NCBI RefSeq assembly: GCF_032191835.1
Contig: NC_083228.1
Span: 63,240,001 to 63,304,000 of the forward strand
Direction: 5' to 3'
Origin: Heteronotia binoei
Lineage: Eukaryota
Length of the DNA stretch: 64,000 bases
Notes under the pieces: model-generated
Databases searched by the model: none
Told to the model about the DNA's origin: nothing
The model's input: the letters and a program-made list of their open reading frames with translations, nothing else
Position numbers and translations under genes: made by a program
Part shown: positions 11,340-22,589 of the stretch, piece by piece
Layout: each line of letters opens with the position of its first letter
Numbering within the stretch: the stretch's first letter is position 1

Positions 11340-12998
11340 TTAGATGACAGAAAGGACAGAGAGAAAGCAAAAAGGCTTAATGCCTACTTTGCCTCAGGTC
11401 TTTTTTTCCCTTGAAGAAGAAAACAGGTTCATCTAGAGATGGTAGTAGGCAGAACATGGCTTCTGGGTTGCTGGTTGACATGGGCAGAGAGGTAGTTGAG
11501 AAGCACCTGGCTACACTGAATGAGAACAAATCCCCTGGGCCACATGGTATGCATGCAAGAGTGCTCAAAGAAATATCTAGAGAGCTTGCAGAGACTCTGT
11601 CCATCACCTTCCAGACTTCTTGGAGGATGGGAGACATGCCATAAAACTGGAGGAGGACAGACGTTATCCTTTCAAAAAAGGAAGGAGGGATGAACCAGGA
11701 AACTACAGGCCAGTCAGTTTGACCTCTCTCCCAGGGAAGATATTGGAGCATCTAAAGGACAACTTGGTGATTCAGTGGAATCAGCACAGATTTCTCCCTA
11801 ACAGGTCCTGTCAGATCAACCTCATTTCCTTCTTTGATCAAGTGACTAGCTTACTGAATTAAGGGAATGCTGTTGACATTGTTTACCTGGATTTCAGAAA
11901 AGCTTTTGACAGGGTTCCGCACGATGTTCTGATGGGTAAACTAGAGGACTGTGGACTAGACTCTAGGATAGTTAGGTGGACATGGAACTGGGCAGAGAAC
12001 CATACTCAAAGAGTAGCTGTCAATGGCATTTCATCTGAATAAAGAGAGGTGCCCGGTGGGCTTGGTTCTGCCACAGGGCTTGGTTCTGGGCCTGACACTT
12101 TTCTGTATTTTTATATATGATCTGGATGAGGAGGGGCTACTCATTTAATTTGCAGATGACGCCAAATTGGGAGGAGCAGCAAGCAGATCAGAAGATAGAG
12201 ACAGAATTCAACGAGATCTGAACACACTGGAAAAGTGGGTGGATGTGAACAAGATGCAATTTAACAAGGATAACTTTAACAAGTTACTCTACACCTGAGG
12301 AACAACAATGAGAAACATGCATACTGGATGGGAGCTACACTTCTGGGAAGCAGTGTGTGTGAACAAGATCTTGGAGTACAATGGACTGTAAGTTAAATAC
12401 GAGCAGCCAGTGTGATGCAGCAACAGAAAAGGCTAATGCCATCTAGGAGTGTATCAATAGAGGCATAACATCCAAATTACAAAAGAGGTTATAGTCCTGT
12501 TGTACACTGGATTGGTCAGGTCACACCTGGAGTATTGTGTGCAGTTCTGGAGGCCTCACTTCAAGAAGGATGTGGATAGAAGGGAGTGGATGCAGAGAGT
12601 GATAAGGATGATCAGGAGCCTGGAGACCAAGTTCTATGAGGAAAGGCTGAGGGACTTGGGAATGTTCAGTCTGAAGAAGAGGAAATTGGAGGGGGACATG
12701 ATTGCTCTCAAAGTATTTGAAGGGCTTTCACTTAAAGGGGGGAGGGAGCTGTTCCTGTTGGTAGCAGAGGATAGGACTCATAATAATGAGTCTAAATGGG
12801 AAGGTACTAGCTGGATGTTAGGAAAAACTTCTTTACAGTAAGAGTTGTTCAACAGTGGAATCAGTTACCCAGGGAGGTGGTGACCACTCCCTCACTGGCA
12901 GTCTTTAAGCAGTGGCTGCACAAACACTTGTCAGGGATGTTCTAGGCTGATCCTGCATTGAGCAAGGAGTATGGCCACTTCCAACTCTGGGATTCTGA
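11340..12998 (+). mobile_element. CR1 LINE, 5'-truncated, inserted in DIRS
   Basis: SPGPHGMHARVLKE, NYRPVSLTSLPGKILE, RSHLEYCVQFWRPHFKKD; 3' end ...ttccaactctgggattctga. Confidence 0.93.
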
Positions 12999-13531
12999 AC
13001 ATCCTGCTTAGAGTTCCGCAAGTTCCTGCAATGTGAATCACTCTGAGGGACACCCCTAGTTCTACAAGAGTCTCCTAGAGGCAGCAATAGGTTCCACACA
13101 TTGTCTGCTGGAGCCCATGCCTGCCTGTTTGTTTAAGTAGTGAACTGTGGCTGAATTGTCCAACTGTAGTAGGACTCTCCTGTTCATGAGAATGTCTGAA
13201 AAAGCAGTAAGGGCTAAATGCACAGCACATAATTTGAGTACATTAATATGGAGGGTGGACTGAGTAGGAGATCAGTGTCCTTGCGCTGAACAGTCTAAGC
13301 AGTGAGCCCCCCTAGCCCTTCATTGGGCCATCTGTGGTGTGTGTAATGGTACCACTTGGAAGAGACTGAATCATCCAACCACCCTAGTAACTTCCTTATG
13401 ACATGTCTGGGGTTCAAAAAGTGGGACCCCAGGAATGTCTACTAGGATCTCAACTATGTATGAACCATAGCTGTAATGGTCTCATATGGAGAGTCTGGCA
13501 GTAGGGATAACACCTGTAAGTAAGTAAAGTA

Positions 13532-13590
13532 AATTTTATTCTTATATCCCGCCCTCCCCCGCCAGAAGGCGGGCTCAGGGCGGCTCACAG
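13532..13590 (-). mobile_element. L2 3' tail
   Basis: ttatatcccgccctcccccgccagaaggcgggctcagggcggctcaca. Confidence 0.75.
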
Positions 13591-14593
13591 ACATGTACTG
13601 GAAGACATAAGCCTTAGCAAATATTGCATAGTAAAGACCAGTGGAGGACTGGGTCTAAAAATACTGGTTGCCAGACTTCTATTATTTTGGAACCTCTATT
13701 ATATTTTCAAGCTACTAAAAAGTCATTAACATTTAGAACATATTGTTTAAAGGGGCCCACTTCATCAGGGGCACACAGAGCCCACTTGCCATCAGACAAG
13801 CTGACACCGTGGCCAGTCCGCCACCGGTCAAGACTGATTGCCAGCGCTTCTTGGAAGAGGTGAGCACTGTTCTTGTGGTAGAACAGCTCTACCCCTGACA
13901 GAATCGAGGATCACCCCCCAGTGATTCCTGACAAAATCGAGGATCACCCCCAGTGATGCCTGCTCCATGACCAGAAGAGTTGCCAGCTCAGGCTTGGGAA
14001 ATGCTTCAAGATTTGGATGCTTGGGGAGGGCAGAGTTTGGGGGGGGGAGAGCTCAGCATGGGTGTGATGCCAGTCTAGGACTTGCCTTTCTCCTATACTC
14101 TATGGCAGGGATCCCCAACCTTTTTGACCCTACAGGTATCTTTCAGATTGGGACACAACATGGTGGGTACAGTCATGAAATGGACACTTCAGGATGCAGA
14201 GCCAGACACAAATGGTTGCTGCAACTTCCTTTCAAGTTAACACAGCAAAAAACTGTGGTGCTGTAGTAGCAGCTGCTTGCCAATACAACATTTTTTCACC
14301 ACCCAGGATCTCGTGATGTATATGGTGGGAAAACCCAGGCGCACACAGAATCAAGGGCACCCTCTATCAGAGCTATAGCTACAAAAATCTTGTCTGAGGC
14401 AGGCTTGTACTAGGGCAGTCCCAATGTGGGGTTGTACTAGACAATGGGAAATGAACTAGCTATTTCTCAATTAGCTGATGAACATATACAGGTTGCTTAT
14501 CTGTAACTGGTATTATGAGAGTAATGATTTGTTCAGGCATATTATTTGGTTCCACATTATCAGTCTATTGTTCAGAATCTTCTGTATCTAAGC

Positions 14594-15171
14594 CAGAGGT
14601 ATCAAACATGCAGTCTGGGGGCCAAATCAGGCCCCTGGAGGGCTCCTATCAGGCCCCCGAGCAATCGGCTGTCATCTGCTTCCTTCCACATAACAGCTTG
14701 CTTTGCAAGGTTTGCTCAATTGCACAGGAGCTACAGAGCAAAACCTCTTTATTTTCTCTCCTGGCTGAGGCTCCTCCCTTGGGGAGGAATGGCTTGCTTT
14801 GCCAGGCTCTCTCAATTGCACAGCAGAGCTACTGAACCAAGACTCTCTTCCTTCTATTGGCTGAAGCTCCCCCTCCAGTCCCCTGGGGAAAGAAGGAAAG
14901 AGCCAGAGCTTTCTTTGCCCAGGAAATAAAAAGAAAGCATCTTTAAGACCAATAAGTGCTAACGTTTTAAACATGTTTTAAGTTTTGGGCTTTTTAAAAA
15001 TATTTGTTTGTCTGTATACTTTATAAAATTTATATCTCCGCTACCTAATCTTAAATAGGTACACATATGGCTTGGCCCAACATGGCTCAGTCCAACCTGA
15101 CATGGCCCAGCCCAAAAAGGTCTCATTTATGTCAGATTCAGCCCTCATAACAAATGAGTTCGACACTCCTG
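14594..15171. mobile_element. hAT-type non-autonomous element (578 bp)
   Basis: TIRs cagaggtatcaaac / gttcgacactcctg; 8-bp TSD atctaagc/gtctaagc. Same family as 57728-62580. Confidence 0.88.
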
Positions 15172-15399
15172 GTCTAAGCTAAAAATGTTTATAGTGGCTT
15201 TACCCATTTTGAGGCAGACAGTGTCACCAGGCATAACCTCAATAGGCATACCCATGTCTTCCTACTTAGTAAACCCTAGAACACAGTAATCCAAAGATAC
15301 ACCTGTTGCAAGCAATGACGGCATGTTACATGCACTGCTCTCTCTCTCACACAACAGGGCATATTAAGGTGTCTGCAAATATATTCCTCAATGTTAGTT

Positions 15400-16800
15400 T
15401 ATGTAATATTATATAGGCATATTGTTTGTGCCAAATGGACTCACTGGTAAAGTTCAGTAAGCTTTGCTGTCTGACAGGAATCCCAGTGGACAGATGGGAG
15501 CTTCCAATTCTCAGGGAAAAATCAGTCCCTCATCGAGGGCACACCTTTTACAGTGGATCCTCTACCTCATAGAAAGGCATGGTTCTATGAATTTCCTGGG
15601 GTTACCAAAGCTATTGATGCCCCTCAGGTCTAACATGGGACAAAGGCTGTCTAGAGGTAAAGTCTAGGTTGGTAAAATAATGAGAATAACAGTCTAGGGA
15701 GCTCTGACAGAAAGGATCATCTCAACAGCCCCTTTGTTAAGAAGAGCACGGATTTCTGATAGCAGAGTTGGGCTTAGATGTGTGATCTTGAAGAAGCCTA
15801 AAAAGGGAAGTAAAATGAGCCAAATGATGTAGCTTGTACATATAGATAGTGAAAGCCCACCTGTTGTTTTGTGCACTCTCAGGCTGGAAGTAATTGACAT
15901 AACTGTGTTAACAAGGAAAGGATTGGTGGGAAGGTCAAAGGCTACACTTTAGGGCTATGGAGGATTTGGAATGTTGCAAAGTGAACCTGCTCTTAGAACA
16001 GGTCAAGAGAAGAACTTGAAAAAACTTGCAGGGGAAAGGAATATGCCATTCCATCCTACCCACACTTCCATTCCTCACTGCCTTCTCTATCCCCCCCTCC
16101 CCTTGTTCTTTCTTGGCATTCAAAGGCTTGGGACTGAGAGTGAAAAATGTGTCCTGGAGGCTGTGTTCAGGCTGTCACTGATGTAGATCAGGTGATGGGG
16201 TTGTGGAGGAGAAGGAAAGCCCCTCAGACCTAGACACCCCAAGAAGTGAGTGGTGTGGCAAGAGGCTGAAAGACCTGGACTTGGGGGAAGGGGACAGAGA
16301 GAGAAGGCAAGATTGAGGCAGGGGGAGCTTACTTCATTCTCAGTCTTTCCCATCACCACATGCCTCCTTGCCACCAGTCTCTCTCTCTCATGCTCATATA
16401 TGGTTTTGAAGTACAAGAGGGCTGATGCAAGCTTTGAAATATGGTCCTGATAAAACCACTGCCTGGAACCATTCTCACAGCACAAGACCTTGCTACTGTT
16501 TCCTAAAGTAAAGTTAAAGCAATAGACTAACACTAGATATGCCTACACATGCCAATCAGTGATATTTTCAGACATTATGAGCCAAGCAGCTTTACTTTAG
16601 GAAACAGTAGCAAGGTCCTTCCTATCTTGGGTATGGTCCAGCAGAAGAGATCTTTTCCCACAGAAAATCTTGATAGCACGCTGCAAGGCTCAATGCAGGG
16701 GAAAAGTGCAGCTGAGCAATAGCATTTCAACCTCTACCATCAAGAAATGAGAATGAAAGTATGGCTCTACTTACTGAAGCATATGGAGTGGCAACTTTTT
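15400..16800 (-). mobile_element. DIRS RT and gag-region remnant
   Basis: SEIRALLNKGAVEMIL resembles the DIRS RT N-terminus; heavily degraded, boundaries approximate. Confidence 0.6.
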
Positions 16801-17322
16801 GGGGTGGGTGGGAGGTGACCATCAAGTTTCTGGCTCAGCTATAGAGGATTCTGAATGTTCAAGCACAGCACTGTGTGCCTGCACAGAGATCACCAAAGGC
16901 TTATTTTGTTCCTATTCAACCCTTGGCTAGAAACAATACTAAGAACTTGAGAGCCCAGCTGGATAAAACTAATGGTTCAGCACCTTGTTTCCCCACAGTG
17001 GCCAACAAGATATTCCAGAAAGCCCACAAGCACAGCTTCACCTTTCAGTCTCTCATCAGACAACTGGTACTCAAAGGAACAATGAAACAATCAAACTTCA
17101 CTTGAGTTAAAGGAAGTGATCTGGACAAGACAGTTTTAAAAAACCACAGATTTACTGCAATGCCTCATTCTGCTGCAATAATTTATCTTATTAATTGTCT
17201 GGTTACTTTTTGCTCACTTACTATAAATGCATTTTTCAGATTGCACTATTAAACCATCTTCACTGGCTAAGCAAACAATCTTATTAGGAAACAAACTGGA
17301 CTTGCTCTAGATTGAAACTTAC

Positions 17323-17369
17323 TTGCTTCTTTAACTCTGCACAACAGCATTTGGCCTTCTTTGCACACT
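17323..17369 (-). CDS. TDRD1: TDRD1 penultimate coding exon: QCAKKAKCCCAELKKQ
   Basis: tctttgtag|AGTGTG...AAGCAA|gtaagt; 47 nt, phase 1-0. Matches the mammalian TDRD1 CCCTELQKQ motif as I recall it. Confidence 0.88.
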
Positions 17370-17574
17370 CTACAAAGAAACAAATGTAATTAGTTAAATA
17401 TATCTAGGTTCTTACTGCTTCAAGTAAGCAGCTCTGAGAATAAGTGAAAAGTGTCCAATTTTCTCTATTAAAATATTGACAGCATGTGTGTGTTGAAACT
17501 GAATCCTTCTAAGACAGAGGTTCTGTGGCTGGGGGACTTTGGTGTGGTATGTCAGCTCCTGGCTCTTGATGACT

Positions 17575-18320
17575 GGCACCTACCATTAAGAGCCTGGGTG
17601 TGATCCTGGATGCCTCACTGACAATGGAAGCCCAGCTCACAGATGTTGCCAGACTGGTGTTGTTTCAACTGTGCCATGTCAGACAACTAGCCCCACACCT
17701 GTTTTGTCCAGATCTAGCCACTGTAATCCATGCAATGGTCACCTCCAGGCTGGATTACTGTAACTTCCTCTATGTGGGCCTAACCTTGAGGCTGATCCAG
17801 AAACTGATACAGAATCCATTAGCTTGGCTCCTTACAGGGATACTGCACACAGCATACATCCATCCTGTGCTGTCTGACTGTACTGACTTCCAGTGGAGTA
17901 TCAGATCAGGTTCAAGGTTCTAGACCTTCAAGGCCCTAAACAGTCAGGACATACCTTCAGGACCACCTCTTCTGTATACCCCCAGAAGAGCAGTGCGCTC
18001 TGCAGATCAAAGTCTATTGGTGATCCCCAGGCCAAGAGACATCCAGCTGTCCTTGACCAGAGCCAGGGATTTCTCTGCCCTGGCTCCAACCTGGTGGAAC
18101 TCTCTTCCAAACATCCAAGCCCTGTGATACTTGTTACAGTTCTGCAGGGCTTGCAAGGTGTTTAGCTGAGTACAGTGACTGTTCCATCTTAGCATGTGAG
18201 ACAGCAGCCTGACTGGTTTTTCTTGTGCTATCTCCATCTGCATTCTGCTTGTAACTGGTTTTATTCTGTTCTTAACTGATGTACATTGTAGAGGGTGGTT
18301 GAAAAATCCAAATAAATATG
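17575..18320 (+). mobile_element. Older L2 3' fragment
   Basis: ILDASLTMEAQ...VTSRLDYCNFLY... Confidence 0.85.
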
Positions 18321-18399
18321 TCAGGTAGCACTCTGACTCTAAACAGGAAATATATATACGATTATGACAAGTACATAAATGAGTTCACAAAGTACTTAC

Positions 18400-18606
18400 G
18401 ATTCTCCCTATTGATATGTCTTGCCAGGTTTTCAATTACCAGCTGGTCAGCTACATTCAGATTATTTTCACAATTTTTATTCATTGTTACTGCATGAATA
18501 TTTTCAGTAACTCCTTTCACCTTTATAATCACACAGTCATTCAGTAAGAGAGCTTTTAGCCTCTCTATTGCAGATACGGACCACTTTCCATCCAGTTCCA
18601 TAATCC
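18400..18606 (-). CDS. TDRD1: TDRD1 exon: GIMELDGKWSVSAIERLKALLLNDCVIIKVKG...LARHINREN
   Basis: ttttctag|GGATTATG...GAGAATC|gtaagt; 207 nt, phase 1-1. Confidence 0.92.
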
Positions 18607-19102
18607 CTAGAAAACAGATAATTTCACTTCAGTTTACTGAATTATTGAAACTGTTAACTATGCTCTTAATTTAAAATTGCAATGGATATGTGCAAGCTGG
18701 ACTGAAGTAGTGAAGCTTCTATATGTGGAAGCTTCTATATGTGATTCCTGAAATAAAAAATTCAAATAAACTCTTTACTGTACTGTTTACAGATTCAAAT
18801 AAGGAATTTACTATCACAAGAATGCATTATACATTAAATATGAATGGACGCTTGCACAAAGACAGAAAGGAGTTCTTCATGTATTGTTTCTAACCTATTC
18901 TATCTGGAACTAACTGAGGGCTAAACTACTAATAACAATGACATCTTGTTTCTGAGTTGTTTTTAATGACTCCATAAATAATTATGGATTCTTCCTTTGT
19001 ACTGGCTATTTCCAATTTAATACTCCTCTCGTACAGAGTTATAATTCAGTCAGTAATCCAAACCAACGCAGATGCTTGGAGATATAATTTAATATTCAGT
19101 AC

Positions 19103-20870
19103 CATAGAATCAGAGTTGGAAGGGACCTCCAGGGTCATGTAGTCCAACCCCCTGCCCAATGCAGGAAACCCACAAATACCTATCCCAAATTCACAGAATC
19201 TTCATCGCTGTCAGATGGCCATCTAGTCTCTGTTTAAAAACCTCCAAGGAAGGAGAGCTCACCACCTCCCGAGGAAGCCTGTTCCACTGAGGAATCACTC
19301 TAACAGTCACAAAGTTCTTCCTAATGTTGAGCCTGAAACTCTTTTGATTTAATTTCAACACATTGGTTCTGTTCCTACCTTCTGGGGCCACACAAAACAA
19401 TTCCACACCATCCTCTAGAAGACAGCCCTTTAAGTACTAGAAGATGGTGATCATATCACCTCTCAGCTGCCTCCTTTCCAGGCTAAAAATGTGCAGTCCT
19501 AACATGAGTTTCCATGGCAAGAACGTGTAGTCCTAACACATATACTGCTACGCCTCTTCCCTTTCTCATTTGCCTGTCCCTTTTAAATAAGTTGTACCCC
19601 TGAATCCTAATATTCCAGTTGTGAGTGTCATCTCACCAAGTTTCAGTAAGGCCTATCATGTCATAGTCTCCTTCCCGTATTAGGACTTCCAGTTCCTCCT
19701 GTTTGTTTCCCATACTCTGTGCATTAGTGTAAAGCCATCAAAATCCACATTTTATGCATCCTGAGGGTTTAGTTTCCATACAAACCTGCAAGTTCACACT
19801 ACCTAGCATATGCATCACCTCTCTGCAAATTTTTAATGTTCTTATCCCCAGTTTCGGGCATCATACAAGGCTTTGAATTATTGTCTTGCTCCCCCATACA
19901 ATTTAGTTTAAAGCCCTCCTTATTAGGTTAGCAAGGCTGTTACCCAACACCCTTTTCCCTACCACTGTAAGGTGCAAACCATCTCCGAATAGAAGACCAC
20001 CATCTTGAAAGCGTAAGCCATGGTCCAGAAATCCGAATCTTTCCTGACACCATCGATGTAGCCAGTTGTTTGTTTGAAGTATTCTTCTTTTTCATCCTAA
20101 GCCACAGCCTTCAACAGGAAGAACTGACGAGAACGCAACCTGTGCACCCAGCTCCTTCACCTTCTGACCCAGAGCCACATAGTCTTTTCTAATATGTTCA
20201 GGGCTATGACGGGCAGTATCATTCGTTCCCATGTGGATCAGCAAGAAAGGATAGTAATCCATGAGCTTGATAAATTTTCCAATCCTTTCTGTCACATGCT
20301 GGATGCGTGCACCTGGCAGACATCAGACCTCTCGGGATGACAAGTCCGGTCGGCACACTTTGGGCTCCACCCCTCTGAGCAAGAAGTCTCCAATCACCAT
20401 CACCTTCCTCTTCCTATATTGGGGAGCAGAAGCTCCAGGCTTCTTATCCAAAGGATCCTGAGAAACTTTCTTCAAGCTTCATGGAGGCTGGGGAAGTAGC
20501 CCTTGTTCCAATGGTTCAGAATCAGTTACTGTGGGGAGATCCTGGAACCTATTGTTGAGCAGCAGAGGTTCAGAACATCTCCTGATTTTCTTTCTCCTTC
20601 GAGTTACATTTTTCCAGGAACCCTCCTCCTGTGTTGGGTTCTCTTCTAATTGCTGAGATACCATTTCCTTTCCCTCCTCTTGTCCTTTCAAGAGTGCCTC
20701 ATGCTTTCTGTCAAGAAAATCTTCACCTTCCTTTATACACTGCAGTGCGGACAATCATGCCTCCAGTCCCCGTATCTTCTCCTCCAGCAGGGTCCCTAAC
20801 TTACACTTGCTGTAAGTGTAATTTCTTCAATATAGTTTGCCTGTCTAAGGCTGTATGTCAGTATATTTGA
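19103..20870 (-). mobile_element. CR1 LINE with SGNH-esterase ORF1; 3' end joined to the EN start (large internal deletion, or two copies)
   Basis: LIHMGTNDTAR esterase motif, EN start YDMIGLTETW...GYNLFKRDR, 3' end ...ttccaactctgattctatg. Confidence 0.85.
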
Positions 20871-20889
20871 GTCCTACATTTAAAGACAG

Positions 20890-22570
20890 CCTCGGAAGCT
20901 CCTCAAACAAAATCTGGAAGATTATATATTTGCAGAATTTCGTTGTAATTGGATTGCTATTTTAGGTTAATGGGAAAAACATATGCTTGAGAGATGACCT
21001 GCTGGACCTGCCTTCAGTTTATGCCAGTAATCAAATAAGGCTTCATGTGCACATCTCCAAAGAGAAGGGAGGCCCGATTTGGCTCTCAACAGAGCAGCTG
21101 GAGTGTTAGGCTGTAGTACTAGAATGCTTTTCAGGAAAGAATTTTGGATTCTCTCCAGATTTTCAATTAAGGCATCATTCCATCCCCACACCTCCACACC
21201 GTAGAGGAGTTGGGCAATTACCTTGTTCTGGAAGAGCTTTAGAACCAGGTCTATCTGAAAGCCTTGCTTGGGATGATAAAATCTGAGGATTACCCCAGGT
21301 GATTGGAGGGATGTTGATTTTGCAGTTTCTAGGTGTGCCTTCCAAGAGAGTGTGCTGCTAAAGGTGATTTCCAGGTGTAAGGAAGAGATCAGTTCAGGCC
21401 CAAAACAGCAACACTGATAAACTAAAAGGAGACCACTTACGAGTTGTTGCAGAAATGGTTAAGCTTTCATCTTCCCAGAGCTGCTGAAACACCTTAATTA
21501 ACAGCTGGACTGGAGAGAGGGAGGAGCACCAGTGAGCCAAGATTTTTCCCTCTCAGAATAAAGCCAAGCAGGAGAGAAAGTGGTTTTTTTGTTTGTTTGT
21601 TTTAATCACATGTTTCTTTTGGGGCAGGAAATGCTCCTGTCTTTGAAGTCTGGATTTGTTTGATTTTAATTGATTTGTTGTTGCTTGCAGACCTCCAGAA
21701 ACACTTTAATTTCCTTTGCCTGACTAATTACTGGCATTGAAGGTCTCCTTACCTTGGAGGTCTCTTTGCCAGTTTGGTGTAGGTGTTATATGTGCGGACA
21801 CTTATCTGGAAGAACCAGGTTTGATTCCCCACTCCTCCACCTGGAGCTGCTGGAATGACCTTGGGTCAGCCATAGCTCTGGCAGAGACTGTCTTTGAAAG
21901 GGCAGCTGCTGTGAGAGTCCTCTCAGCCCCACCCACCTCACAGGGTGTCTGTTGTGGGGGAGGAAGATAAAGGAGATTGTGAGCCGCTCTGAGACACTGA
22001 GATTGAGTGGAGGGCGGGATATAAAATCCAACATCTTCTTCTCTATATTAATAAAGATTTTTTTTTGCCTGATCTGCTGGAGTGGACCTTTGAGCTGAGG
22101 ATTTAGAGCCTGGAACCCTTCACCAGGTATTGAAAGATTCTTGACACTGCTCAACTGGGAATCCATCTACTGACCAGCAGGAAATACAATGCCAGTGTCT
22201 GAAAACTAGCACCTTGATCTTTGAGTAATTTCATTTCAAAAGCTCTTCTTTACAGAAGTCACTGAGCTTGGACAACAATCTTCTTAAAACCAATGTGGGT
22301 AACAGACGATGTGGGTCATCAGCATAAAGGAGGACTGGGATCTTCCATGAGCCAAGATGAGGAGGCAAGAGGTCAGAGCCTGAAAACCTCTTAGTGATTT
22401 CTTAGTAATTCTGGATAATATATACTATGGAATTTCACTATTAGATGCAAAAGATGTTTGCTGATGTTAGTACTTGCCAGTTTAGACCAGAGCCTATCTC
22501 TATCGACTGAGTAAAGGCAGCTGCAAGATCAACAAAAGCTACATATAGGTGTTTAATGGGACCCTTTGCA
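20890..22570 (-). mobile_element. RTE-like LINE RT remnant (clade uncertain), split by a SINE
   Basis: LYVAFVDLAAAF (RT) at ~22500-22560 and LERIQNSFLKSIL...PAALLRAKSGLPSL at 20967-21197. Confidence 0.6.
21768..22042 (+). mobile_element. tRNA-head / L2-tail SINE (Squam3-like)
   Basis: gccagtttggtgtag...ggtttgattcccc...gagccgctctgag...gggcgggatataaaatccaacatcttcttc. Confidence 0.9.
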
Positions 22571-22589
22571 AAATCTGTGGCACCCAGTG

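Larger units (their letters stand above)
9545..14510 (-). mobile_element. DIRS-type tyrosine-recombinase retrotransposon remnant 1 (YR, MTase-like, RNase H; ITR/ICR ends), with nested CR1, L2 and MITE
   Basis: YR (MEICKAATW...; QIHLAALLAY...FFKGL), MTase-like ILVAPFWPRQPW, RNase H at 13000-13400 (RVLLQLDNSATVHYLNKQAG). Inverted repeat 9547-9600/9802-9862; ITR-like copy at 14310-14440. Confidence 0.82.

Noticed and set aside
13894-13958. 32-bp direct repeat x2 (also 17-18-bp doublets at ~18713 and ~54659)
   Set aside because: Only two units with no spacers; simple slippage duplications, not a CRISPR-like array.
19900-20300. SGNH hydrolase-like ORF as a possible host or domesticated gene
   Set aside because: It is the known esterase domain of CR1 ORF1; fragmented and contiguous with CR1 EN.
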